From: Verrucomicrobiota bacterium
Lineage (GTDB): Bacteria; Verrucomicrobiota; Verrucomicrobiia; Limisphaerales; UBA11358
Direction: 5' to 3'
Length of the DNA: 64,000 nt
NCBI GenBank assembly: GCA_049521735.1
Contig: JBEKON010000002.1
Location: 5,149-69,148, forward strand
In this document: positions 8,763 through 17,609 of the stretch, one piece after another
How positions within the stretch are numbered: the first letter of the stretch is position 1
Layout of the letters: every line of letters starts with the position of its first letter
Notes under the pieces: model-generated
Databases searched by the model: none
What the model was told of the DNA's origin: nothing
What the model saw: only the letters and a program-made list of their open reading frames with translations
Position numbers and translations under genes: made by a program

Positions 8763-10220
8763 ATGGCTCGCTGGCAATTCTGCAACATTCTCCAAGTCGC
8801 CGATGGCGCGCATCGCCTCTGGCAATTTGACGCCAAGGGCGGCGGTTTCGCGCTCAACCGCGAGCATCACGCCGCGCCGGGCGAATCGTTGCCATTCAAC
8901 GTCATTGCCAAAACATGGCGTTCGTTGTGGCAGCCAAAACTGAATGTCGCGTGGCTGCCGCCCGAGAATGTTTTTCTCCGCGTCATTGAATTGCCCAGGA
9001 GCGGTTTCGGGGAAACGCTGGCGATGGTGGAGTTGCAGTTGGAAAAACTCTCGCCGATACCCGTCACGCAAATCGTCTGGACGATTCATATTTTGCCGCG
9101 TCGAAGCGAAGCAGCGGAAGACACGGCGGGTTCCGGTGAACCCAAGCCGGACGACTTGCAAACGGTCGTTGTTGTGATTGCCGCCCGCCACGCTGTTGAA
9201 GAATTTCTGGGCAAGCTCGAAGACCGGGGTTACCTCGCCGACCGGCTCGAAGCGCCGATGCTCGATCAATTGGAAGCCATGCCTGCGGCGGGAGACGGCT
9301 CGTCGCGCCAGGGCGAAGCGGCGGCGGACGCATGGATTTATCCATCGGCCTTTCACGGCCAGAATGCCGCGCTCGTGGCTTGGTGGCGCGGCGGCGCGCT
9401 GCGAAATTTGAGCGTGATTGTGCTGCTGCCTGGCGGCGACCCCGTAAAAAGTTTGAAAGAGCAACTCGCACAGTTGGCTTGGGCCGGTGAATTGGAAGGC
9501 TGGCTGGCCGCGCCGCCGTCCTGGCACTTGATCGCCGAAGGCGCCGTTGCCACGGAATGGGAAAACGCCCTACGGTTGGGTTTGGGTGAGCCGGTGCATG
9601 TCGTGCCGCCATTGCCGTTGGAGGAATTGGCTGCGCGCACAGCCTGCCGTTCTGTGGAAATCCCGCAAGGCGGGACGCACGCCGCATTGCTGCCGCAGGA
9701 ATTTTCCGTGCGTTACCGTCAACAATTCTTTGACCGTTTGTGGCTGCGCGGGTTGGTTGCCGCCGGCGTATTGTATGCAGTGGCTGTGCTGATTTATTTT
9801 TGCGCGACTTATGTGCTGTCCATCCGCACCCACCGCGTGGAGCGGGATGTTGCGGACATCAGTCTCAGCTACACCAATGCGCTACAGCTCAAGGCGCGAT
9901 TTGATGTGCTCAAGGAACGGCAGGATTTGAAATACGCCGCGCTGGACTGCTGGAAAATCGTTGCGGAACAATTACCGGACGGCATTTCGTTGCAGCGGTT
10001 TAGTTTTTCGGATGGTCAAAAGCTTTCCCTCGGCGGCACAACCACGCCGGCACAAGTCAGCAGCCTTTTTGATTTTAACAGTGGATTGCAAAAGGCCAGG
10101 CTGAACGGCCAGCCGGTGTTCAGCTCCGCGGGCGGCGAGCCGCTTGTTTATCATCAGAATGGCAACACGGTGACTTGGAACTTCGGCCTGCCACTTCAAC
10201 GCGGGAAGGATGTGCCATGA
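8763..10220 (+). CDS. pilus/secretion assembly protein, PilM-like cytoplasmic domain fused to a PilN-like TM + periplasmic domain (GspL-like architecture)
   Basis: 485-aa ORF. The N-terminal ~330 aa contain the PilM-like block VFLRVIELPRSGFGETLAMVELQLEKLSPIPVTQIVW. There is a single TM segment (GLVAAGVLYAVAVLIYFCATYVL), then a ~130-aa C-terminal domain resembling PilN. The gene sits between the ATPase and the PilO-like and secretin genes. The assignment rests on architecture and context, not a strong motif. Confidence 0.5.
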   Translation: MARWQFCNILQVADGAHRLWQFDAKGGGFALNREHHAAPGESLPFNVIAKTWRSLWQPKLNVAWLPPENVFLRVIELPRSGFGETLAMVELQLEKLSPIPVTQIVWTIHILPRRSEAAEDTAGSGEPKPDDLQTVVVVIAARHAVEEFLGKLEDRGYLADRLEAPMLDQLEAMPAAGDGSSRQGEAAADAWIYPSAFHGQNAALVAWWRGGALRNLSVIVLLPGGDPVKSLKEQLAQLAWAGELEGWLAAPPSWHLIAEGAVATEWENALRLGLGEPVHVVPPLPLEELAARTACRSVEIPQGGTHAALLPQEFSVRYRQQFFDRLWLRGLVAAGVLYAVAVLIYFCATYVLSIRTHRVERDVADISLSYTNALQLKARFDVLKERQDLKYAALDCWKIVAEQLPDGISLQRFSFSDGQKLSLGGTTTPAQVSSLFDFNSGLQKARLNGQPVFSSAGGEPLVYHQNGNTVTWNFGLPLQRGKDVP

Positions 10221-10792
10221 AGAGATTTTTCGCGCAATTGCGTCCGCTGGAACGCCGGCTGGCCGTCGGCGTTTTGGTCATTTTGTTTCTTGTGCTGAAT
10301 TTTGTGTTTGTCTGGCCGCATTTTTCGGATTGGGGCAGGTTGCAGCGTCAGCTGGAAGATTCCCGCCGAAAACTGGGGCTGTATCAAACGACGATTGCCG
10401 GGGTGGCGGGTCTCCAAACGCAGGTAAAAAACCTGGAGAATCAGGGCGAATTCATAGCGCCGGAAGACCAGGCCATCAATTTCATGCGCGCAATTCAGTC
10501 ACAATCTGCAGAGAGCAGTGTTGGCATCGTCAGCACTTCGCGGCAAACGACCCACACGAACGAATTTTTTGTCGAACTGGTGCAAAACATCAACGTCACC
10601 GCGACCGACCAGCAACTGGTTGATTTTCTTTACAAACTGGGTTCCAGCGCCTCCATGATTCGGGTGCGCGACTTGGAATTGCAACCCGACTCGGCGCATC
10701 AGCATCTCAATGCCAACATCCGGCTCGTCGCCAGCTATCAAAAAATGGGGACGACCAATCATTTAGAGACCGCAACCGCAAAATCAAAATAA
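10217..10792 (+). CDS. PilO/GspM-like assembly protein
   Basis: The start was moved to the ATG at 10217, which overlaps the upstream stop as ATGA (10217-10220). N-terminal TM segment (LAVGVLVILFLVLNFVFVW), then a coiled-coil stretch, then a small alpha/beta-like C-terminal domain. The stop is 2 nt before the secretin GTG start. Confidence 0.5.
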   Translation: MKRFFAQLRPLERRLAVGVLVILFLVLNFVFVWPHFSDWGRLQRQLEDSRRKLGLYQTTIAGVAGLQTQVKNLENQGEFIAPEDQAINFMRAIQSQSAESSVGIVSTSRQTTHTNEFFVELVQNINVTATDQQLVDFLYKLGSSASMIRVRDLELQPDSAHQHLNANIRLVASYQKMGTTNHLETATAKSK

Positions 10793-10794
10793 CC

Positions 10795-13002
10795 GTGAAA
10801 ACAACCGCACTCATCCTGCTCGCATTTTTAACCAGCCTTGACCTCCGGGCGCAAACGCCGCCCAACCTGCGTCCCGTGCCGCAACGTCCCGGCATGCCGG
10901 CGACAAATACTGTCGCCAGCGCCGCGACCAACCTATCCGCCGTTCCGCCGGCGCTTCCGTTGCCGCAGGCCTTGTTGACCGTGCCTGCTGCTCCGCCGGC
11001 GCTACCTTTGCCGCCAGCCATGAACGAACCTGCTGCTCCGCTGCCTTCGCCGGGGCCCAAAGAGGAAATGATCCCTGCCGGCGACATCAATTTTCAGGGC
11101 GTGGACCTGGATCAAGTGCTTGATGTTTATGCACGATATGTTGGACGGACGCTGTTGCGGGCGGGTTTGCCACAGGCAAAAATTATTCTTCACACGGAAA
11201 CATCATTGACCAGGAGCGAGGTGATTCAGGCGTTGCAGGCAGTGCTTGCGCTCAACGGCGTCGCGCTCATCAACGTGGGCGACAAATTTGTGAAGGCCGT
11301 GCCGTCGACGCAGGCCAATCAGGAAGCTGCGCCGTTCAACAAGGAAACCGCCGCACAATTGCCCGATGTCGGCCAGTATGTTACGCACATCGTCCAGTTG
11401 AAATACGTCAAGCCCAGCGAAATGACGCCGATTCTTCAGCCGTTTGCCAAATTGCAGAATTCCATTCTGTCCATTGACAGCAATGGGATTCTCGTGCTTC
11501 GCGACAACGCCGAAAACGTCAAGCGAATGCTGGAAATGATTGATCAAGTGGATGTGTCGGTGCCGGCGGAATACATCTCTGAAGTCATTCCCATCAAATA
11601 CGCGCTGGCCGACGACATCGCCAATGCCCTGAACAGCCTCGGTGGCAGCGGGGGAAGCACGGTCAGCTTCGGCGGCTCAACTGCCACGACACCCATCAGC
11701 GGTGTGGCGCGCCCCGGCGGCACAACGACGGGGACTACTACACCGGGTCAATACCAGCCGCGAACGCCGGGCACGCCGGCAACCGGCACGGCGGCAACTG
11801 GCGGCGGCACTTTCAGTCAGCGGCTTCAGTCCATCATCAACCGCGCGGCATCGGGAACGCCGGAGCAAATCCAGATTTTTGGCCAGACAAAAATCATTGC
11901 CGACGAGCGGAGCAATTCGCTGCTCGTTTTCGCAACCCGGCCAGACATGGAACGGATCAAGGAAGTTGTTGGAAAGCTGGACGTGCTGCTTGCACAGGTG
12001 CTCATCGAGGCGGTCATCATTGACGTGTCGTTGGATAAAGACCTTAGTCTGGGGGTTTCTGTGGCGCAGAATCCAAAAACATTTCAGGGTCATGCGACTG
12101 GTAGCAACATTCTCCAGAACATCATTGGCGCCGGAGGGATGAATAACGGTCAATCGTTCTTGGATTTCCTGAGCGGCCACATCGGCGCCAACACCACCAG
12201 CAATTTTCTCAACAGTCTGCCCGGTGGATTGAGCTACTTTGGAAATATTGGCCCCACTTGGGACGTGGCGCTGGCGGCAGCCGCCAGTGACAACAGCGCT
12301 ACGGTCATCCAACGTCCGCGCATCCAGACTTCGCAGGCGAAAGCGGCTTCATTCTTTGTCGGCCAAACTGTGCCGTATGTCACCGGTAATTCCTATGGCT
12401 CGCAGTATGGTAACAGCGCCAGCTATTCGCAATTGTCGGTGGGTGTCGAACTGGATGTCACGCCGTTCATCAATCCTGACGGCCTCGTCGTGATGGACAT
12501 CAACCAGGAAATTGATGAACTCAATGGTTATACCCCAATTGAAAACGTTGGCAACGTGCCCAACACCATCAAACGAACACTCTCTTCGGAAATCGCCGTG
12601 AAAAACAAGGACACCATCATGCTTGGCGGCTTTATCCGTTCGGAGAAGAGCAAAACCAAGAATGGAATTCCCCTTTTGCAAGACATCCCGCTGCTCGGCT
12701 ATCTGTTCTCCTCGAGCACCGATGCAAAAAAACGCAGTGAAACCGTTGTGCTGATACGCCCGACGGTTTTGAGGACGCCCGAACTCGCTGCCGCCCAAGC
12801 CGTCAAGGAACAGGAACGGCTGCCGGGCATTTCCGCTGCCATAGCGGAAGATACCATTTACGAACGCAAACAGATTGAAGCAGAGAAAAAGGCGGAACAG
12901 AAACGCGCTGAAGCCGAGCAAAAACACGCCAATTCTGGTCCATGGCGGTGGAAGCATGTCGGTTCGGTTGATACCAATACCGTCGCGCTGCCCAATCCAT
13001 AA
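10795..13002 (+). CDS. secretin (GspD/PilQ family) with Pro/Ala-rich N-terminus and Gly/Thr-rich internal linker
   Basis: 735-aa ORF with a GTG start and a signal peptide (MKTTALILLAFLTSLDLRAQ). N-domain blocks include INFQGVDLDQVLDVYARYVGRTLL and VTHIVQLKYVKPSEMTPILQPF. The secretin C-domain includes IIADERSNSLLVFATRPDMERIKEVVGKLD, IQRPRIQTSQAKAASFFVGQTVPYV and IPLLQDIPLLGYLF. Confidence 0.9.
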   Translation: MKTTALILLAFLTSLDLRAQTPPNLRPVPQRPGMPATNTVASAATNLSAVPPALPLPQALLTVPAAPPALPLPPAMNEPAAPLPSPGPKEEMIPAGDINFQGVDLDQVLDVYARYVGRTLLRAGLPQAKIILHTETSLTRSEVIQALQAVLALNGVALINVGDKFVKAVPSTQANQEAAPFNKETAAQLPDVGQYVTHIVQLKYVKPSEMTPILQPFAKLQNSILSIDSNGILVLRDNAENVKRMLEMIDQVDVSVPAEYISEVIPIKYALADDIANALNSLGGSGGSTVSFGGSTATTPISGVARPGGTTTGTTTPGQYQPRTPGTPATGTAATGGGTFSQRLQSIINRAASGTPEQIQIFGQTKIIADERSNSLLVFATRPDMERIKEVVGKLDVLLAQVLIEAVIIDVSLDKDLSLGVSVAQNPKTFQGHATGSNILQNIIGAGGMNNGQSFLDFLSGHIGANTTSNFLNSLPGGLSYFGNIGPTWDVALAAAASDNSATVIQRPRIQTSQAKAASFFVGQTVPYVTGNSYGSQYGNSASYSQLSVGVELDVTPFINPDGLVVMDINQEIDELNGYTPIENVGNVPNTIKRTLSSEIAVKNKDTIMLGGFIRSEKSKTKNGIPLLQDIPLLGYLFSSSTDAKKRSETVVLIRPTVLRTPELAAAQAVKEQERLPGISAAIAEDTIYERKQIEAEKKAEQKRAEAEQKHANSGPWRWKHVGSVDTNTVALPNP

Positions 13003-13022
13003 CCGCCAGTGGTTTGCAATGA

Positions 13023-13132
13023 GGGGTAGGGTCGCCCTCGCCTTGCCGCGACGAAATGGAATGAAGGCGGACGAGGCGACCGGGGTGGGAGACGGAAACT
13101 TCCGCCGGACGCGCGGGCCGCGCGACCCTACC
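13023..13132. repeat. long imperfect hairpin (REP-like element) between the convergent secretin and AsmA-like genes
   Basis: ggtagggtcgc (13025-13035) is the exact reverse complement of gcgaccctacc (13122-13132). There is internal partial pairing, e.g. gtcgccctcg versus cgaggcgac. Confidence 0.7.
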
Positions 13133-13168
13133 ATGCGAAAAATGCGCCGATTATCGCAGAGAAGAATA

Positions 13169-15820
13169 TCATTTCATCGGCGGCTGGTTGGTGTCCATGC
13201 CGATGAAAAGCATTTCCTGCAAGCTGCGAATCGGATGCAGCGGCATCAGCAGAAATTTGGGAATGTAAACCGGTTCGCTCTCCGGTTTTTCAAGCGTGCC
13301 GGTGATTTTGTATTCAAACAATTTGCTTACCGGCCACAACGCGGTGCTGATGAACGAGCCGACCATCCACGTGTCGCGCAGCAATTGGGCGGTAACGTGT
13401 GCGTTCACCCGGCTTTGCAAATCCACGGAGCCCGAATATTGCAACCGCATCATCGTCGAATGGATTTCCAGATTGTCCGAAAATGCCACGCCATTGGTCA
13501 TGGCAAATCGCGCCGTGGCGTCTGTTGCGCGGCTGCTGCCAAGACCCGGCGTGACAGTGTTCAATACCGGCGACAAAATGCCGAAGATCGGGACATCCCA
13601 AATCAATCCGTCGTGCAGATTGGCCTGACCGTATCCATTCCATGTCCGCCAATCTTTCGAGTTCGCGCTCGTCAGGACGAACCGTCCGCTCAACGCGCCT
13701 TCCAAATGATTTGCGGGCGATGACAAATCATTTGCCAATAGATGTAGGTCCGCGTTTCTGACGTTGGCCGTAAATCCAAAATCCGCGCCTTCCTTAGGAC
13801 GAAAATCAAAGTGGGCAGAGCCATTCGCATTCCCGCCGTAAAACGGCGCCGTCAAATTGCTCAAAATCAACGTCCGACCCAGCCAGCGAATTTCTCCGGT
13901 GATGCGTGGCGTTTTGAGCTTCAGCCACTCAAAAGACGCGTCGTCCACGTCGAACCGCAAATCCGCGTCGTCCACGCCGCGCAACGGCGCGTAACCGTTC
14001 ACGCGCACCATGTAAGGCCGCCCAAAGCGATACGGCTCCATTATTTTGCCGGCCTTCGGTCCAATGGCGCGCGCCACCGCTCCCGGATTGGCGGTGCTGA
14101 AGCCGTTTGTGAAATAAATCCGCCACAAATTGAAATCCACCGCGATGCCGTCGGCAGTCATCGTTTGTGCGCCGGTTTGCAAATGCGGCTGGAAAAATTC
14201 GAGAAACCGGTTTGTGTAGTGGAACGTGCTTTCAACGCTGCCCACGGTTTCACCGCGAATCGTGAAATTCGTCAGCGCCATGCGCCCGGCTGCGCCAATG
14301 CTGTCGTAATCATGCAAACGACCCCGCACGTCCGCGTCCAGAAACAACGGTTTGGTGAACGTGAAAAGTTTCAAGCTCCGTTCGGCATGGCTCGTGGTCA
14401 GGAGAGGCTGGATGGCCTCCGGATTCAACACGCCGCGCACGTGCCAGTGATAATTTCTTGTGCTGTCATTCTCGATGTTGGCAAGTGCCAGTGCGCCTTC
14501 GGGCCGCGTCACGACGAGATCCGGCAGGCGCCAAACGAGGTTTGAATAGGAAAAATGCCCGCGCGCCAGGTCAACGGTGACGCCGCGAAACGCGCCATTC
14601 GTCACAATGAATTCGCCGGCGAGCCGCACCGTCGGTTGCACGGCATCGCGCCAGTCGGGCTGGTGCCCGGTCCACGCCGGCAAAATCAGCGAACCGCCGG
14701 CTTGCAGCGATGGCGGATGTGTCCACGAAAATTGCGCGAGCCAGTCCTGTGTTTTTTCAGTCAACAGTGCGGCAATCGCGCGCGGATCAAAGCACGATGA
14801 ATTGGTGAATGTGAACTCGCGCGTGCCGACGTTCAATTGCATGCTGGCATTGAGTTGGCCTCCATCCAATTTGGCGGACAAATTTGTGACAGCCAGTTCC
14901 GGCGCGCGCCAAAACCCGCTGCATGAAACCGAACGCGCGTCCAGTTTCTCTGATTTCAATTGCGAAACCTGCGCGGCCCATTCGAGCTGATACGGTTGTG
15001 CGTTTGTCCACCAAGCCCACGACGGGTCGGAATTTGAGGACGTTCCGGGGCACGCTTTCAACCTGGCGGCGAATTGAATTCCCTGCGCGAGTCCCCATGG
15101 CGTGTCCACATAGGGGGCATTGGCCATCAGGCGGACCAAAAATGAAAGAGGATCGCACGCGTCGCCATTGACGGCCAAACTCAATTGCGGCGCGCCGGCA
15201 AAGTGGATTTGGCGCAGTGTGTCGGCAAATTTTTGCAAGCCCGCCTGGCACGCAGCGGCGTTGGTCGTTGGGCCATGGGAAATTTTCCAGTCACGCAACG
15301 CTGAAGCGTGGGCGATGTCGCCGGACACCGAGAGTTTTGCACCCGCGAAGTCAGCCTGAAAATTATCCAGTGACCACGTGTCGTTCGGTTGAAACCACAA
15401 ATGGGTTTGGATGTGGTCGAGCACAAGCGCGTTCGTCGGCGAGAGCGGCCAGACTAATTTACCCTGGCGCAAGACGAGTCCGTCAATTTGCAAGTGACGA
15501 TGCAGCAGCGCGCGATAATTCAACCGCAATTGAATTTGTTGAAGCGAAAACACCGGGCTGTTGGTCATCTGAGCACGCCCAATGTGAACATTGTCCGCCA
15601 CCAGTCCCCGGGTAAAACTCAAACGCAAACGGGCGAATTCCAGTTCAATTCCACGTGCGCGAAGCGTTGCGACGAGCGGTTGTTTCAAGAAATCCGGCAA
15701 CCCGATTTTATTGAGCCATAGGCCGGCGCAGATCAAAACGAGCACCCCAAAAATTGTCGCATGGCGAAGCCGGCGGAACAGCGTCCGGCATTTCCGCCAG
15801 AAGCCAGTTTGATCGCGCAT
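13169..15820 (-). CDS. AsmA-like large envelope protein (N-terminal anchor, long beta-rich body)
   Basis: 883-aa ORF with an N-terminal TM segment (IFGVLVLICAGLWLN). Its repetitive beta-strand-like body and its C-terminal block (LQYSGSVDLQSRVNAHVTAQLL...YKITGTLEKPESEPVYIP) resemble the AsmA/TamB-family C-terminus. The start is 1 nt after the DUF4340 stop (TGATATG). Confidence 0.5.
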   Translation of the reverse strand: MRDQTGFWRKCRTLFRRLRHATIFGVLVLICAGLWLNKIGLPDFLKQPLVATLRARGIELEFARLRLSFTRGLVADNVHIGRAQMTNSPVFSLQQIQLRLNYRALLHRHLQIDGLVLRQGKLVWPLSPTNALVLDHIQTHLWFQPNDTWSLDNFQADFAGAKLSVSGDIAHASALRDWKISHGPTTNAAACQAGLQKFADTLRQIHFAGAPQLSLAVNGDACDPLSFLVRLMANAPYVDTPWGLAQGIQFAARLKACPGTSSNSDPSWAWWTNAQPYQLEWAAQVSQLKSEKLDARSVSCSGFWRAPELAVTNLSAKLDGGQLNASMQLNVGTREFTFTNSSCFDPRAIAALLTEKTQDWLAQFSWTHPPSLQAGGSLILPAWTGHQPDWRDAVQPTVRLAGEFIVTNGAFRGVTVDLARGHFSYSNLVWRLPDLVVTRPEGALALANIENDSTRNYHWHVRGVLNPEAIQPLLTTSHAERSLKLFTFTKPLFLDADVRGRLHDYDSIGAAGRMALTNFTIRGETVGSVESTFHYTNRFLEFFQPHLQTGAQTMTADGIAVDFNLWRIYFTNGFSTANPGAVARAIGPKAGKIMEPYRFGRPYMVRVNGYAPLRGVDDADLRFDVDDASFEWLKLKTPRITGEIRWLGRTLILSNLTAPFYGGNANGSAHFDFRPKEGADFGFTANVRNADLHLLANDLSSPANHLEGALSGRFVLTSANSKDWRTWNGYGQANLHDGLIWDVPIFGILSPVLNTVTPGLGSSRATDATARFAMTNGVAFSDNLEIHSTMMRLQYSGSVDLQSRVNAHVTAQLLRDTWMVGSFISTALWPVSKLFEYKITGTLEKPESEPVYIPKFLLMPLHPIRSLQEMLFIGMDTNQPPMK

Positions 15821-15821
15821 A

Positions 15822-17609
15822 TCAGGGAACGTTGGCCGGAATGGCGAGATAACTCAAGACGAACTGGTAAAGCACCGGCGGAAACACGAAGGCCCACCGC
15901 TCGCCGTCGAGTGTCATGGCGGCCAATGCGGTTTGAGCAGCGGGAATCTCTGCGCCAAAATCCACTGTGTTTTTTGTGCCGTTTTTAAGCTCGACCGTGA
16001 TTTGTAAATTATCCGGCTTGAAACCATATGACGCGGCGTTGGTTGCGTCTTGAGCGGTCCAGCCGGCAGCGGTGAGTTCGCCCAGCCTGTGCATGGTTTC
16101 CTCGATGGCCGGCGGGTTGATGATGCCTTGGGAGCCGGGCGCAAGCGACCATTTGTTAGGCCCGTTGCGGACAATTTGTCGTGTTTCGCCGTTTTGATGC
16201 AACGTGATCTGCGCCACGTCGTTTTCTGTAAAATTCCAAATGCGACGCTCGCGGAATTCCCAGCCCGCTTCAGGCAGGCGATTGAAATCTTCCAAGGTCA
16301 CGTCGTAAACAAAATCCTCGTCGGCGCGCCGCACAAAAACTTCCTTGTCTTGCGTCGCGCCGAACAATAATTGCGCGATGACGGCGTTGGTATCGCCCGC
16401 CGCCGAAAGCAAAGTAATTTGACACGTGGGCGTCGCCAGTCCATAGGCCGGCAAATCCGGCGCGGTCACAACGTCCTTGACGAATTCCGCAACGCGCAAG
16501 CCGGCGAGGATTTTGATGAACTGTTGCACGCTCCCGGCGTCCACCGGGAATTTTTCCCCAACCACGCGCCAGTCATTCGTGCCTTGCCGCTGCAAGGTGA
16601 AATTGTTCCGGCCTCGCATTTCAATTTCGGCGATGGGAGCGGACAATTCGAGCAAATAGGGATCGCGGAAATCATTCACCGTGCCGCGCCACGGCGACAA
16701 AGGTTCTTTGGCGGTCGTCGCAATGGCGTTCCAACCTTCACGTTTGGCATAGACTTGCGATGTGTCGTTTGTGGGACTTTTGCCGATGTGGATGGCGGTC
16801 GTAAAGTTCGTGCCGTAACCCAGCCACAAATCAATGTCGGCGGGTTGCAGTCCGAATGCGCTTAAATCCGCCCTCAGGTCGTCACTGATGAATTGCGAAA
16901 GGCGGGCGATTTGCAGGCGTTGGAGCGCCTCGATGATCCGGCTATTGTCGGCGCGCGCCAGAAGCGGTCGAGTCATGCGCCAGAGATGATTCGTGGCATC
17001 GCAGTGGAGTTCGATGACCTTCGTGCCGTTGGTCAGGATAATCCAATCAGGCGTGCTGCCGTTGAAATTCACCAGCGCTGTGTCACGCCAATCATTGGCC
17101 GAGTGCGGAATGAATTTGAGCCAATCCGCGTCTGCCACGAACGCGCCGTCAATGCCGACGACGCGCAGAAAAACCTGGTCGCCGGGTGAAGTTTTGTTGC
17201 CTACTTGAAGTTGCCAGTGTTGGCTGCCGGCTTCGACGACAAGCGAAATTTGCGGCGGTTCAAAGCCGAATTCCGCATCGGCGTTGCGATGTTCGCGGAG
17301 TTCAGCGGCGCTGATGCGGATGGCAGGTGCAAGTTTTTGCAACGAGTCCAGCAAAGTCTCGACGGCGGCGGGTTGTGCGGGATAAACCACCGGCTTGGTC
17401 AACAGCCACTCGCCATTCGTGCGATCAGCACAGATGGCGAGCGCGTTGGCGGGAATCACCTGGACACTGGTGACGGTGTTTGGGCGCAAACCCGGCAGAA
17501 TGCGGGACGATTCCGCGATGGGTGGCCGCAGGAAATGTTGAAAAACAAAAATGAACGCGAACAAAGCCGCGGCGATGACAAACCAGATCCAGGTGTTTTT
17601 CGAGTTCAT
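15822..17609 (-). CDS. DUF4340-domain protein (partner of GldG-type ABC systems)
   Basis: 595-aa ORF with an N-terminal anchor (TWIWFVIAAALFAFIFVF) and repeated DUF4340-like modules. Its position immediately after the GldG-like gene (TAATG overlap at 17607-17611) is the usual context for this family. Confidence 0.6.
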   Translation of the reverse strand: MNSKNTWIWFVIAAALFAFIFVFQHFLRPPIAESSRILPGLRPNTVTSVQVIPANALAICADRTNGEWLLTKPVVYPAQPAAVETLLDSLQKLAPAIRISAAELREHRNADAEFGFEPPQISLVVEAGSQHWQLQVGNKTSPGDQVFLRVVGIDGAFVADADWLKFIPHSANDWRDTALVNFNGSTPDWIILTNGTKVIELHCDATNHLWRMTRPLLARADNSRIIEALQRLQIARLSQFISDDLRADLSAFGLQPADIDLWLGYGTNFTTAIHIGKSPTNDTSQVYAKREGWNAIATTAKEPLSPWRGTVNDFRDPYLLELSAPIAEIEMRGRNNFTLQRQGTNDWRVVGEKFPVDAGSVQQFIKILAGLRVAEFVKDVVTAPDLPAYGLATPTCQITLLSAAGDTNAVIAQLLFGATQDKEVFVRRADEDFVYDVTLEDFNRLPEAGWEFRERRIWNFTENDVAQITLHQNGETRQIVRNGPNKWSLAPGSQGIINPPAIEETMHRLGELTAAGWTAQDATNAASYGFKPDNLQITVELKNGTKNTVDFGAEIPAAQTALAAMTLDGERWAFVFPPVLYQFVLSYLAIPANVP

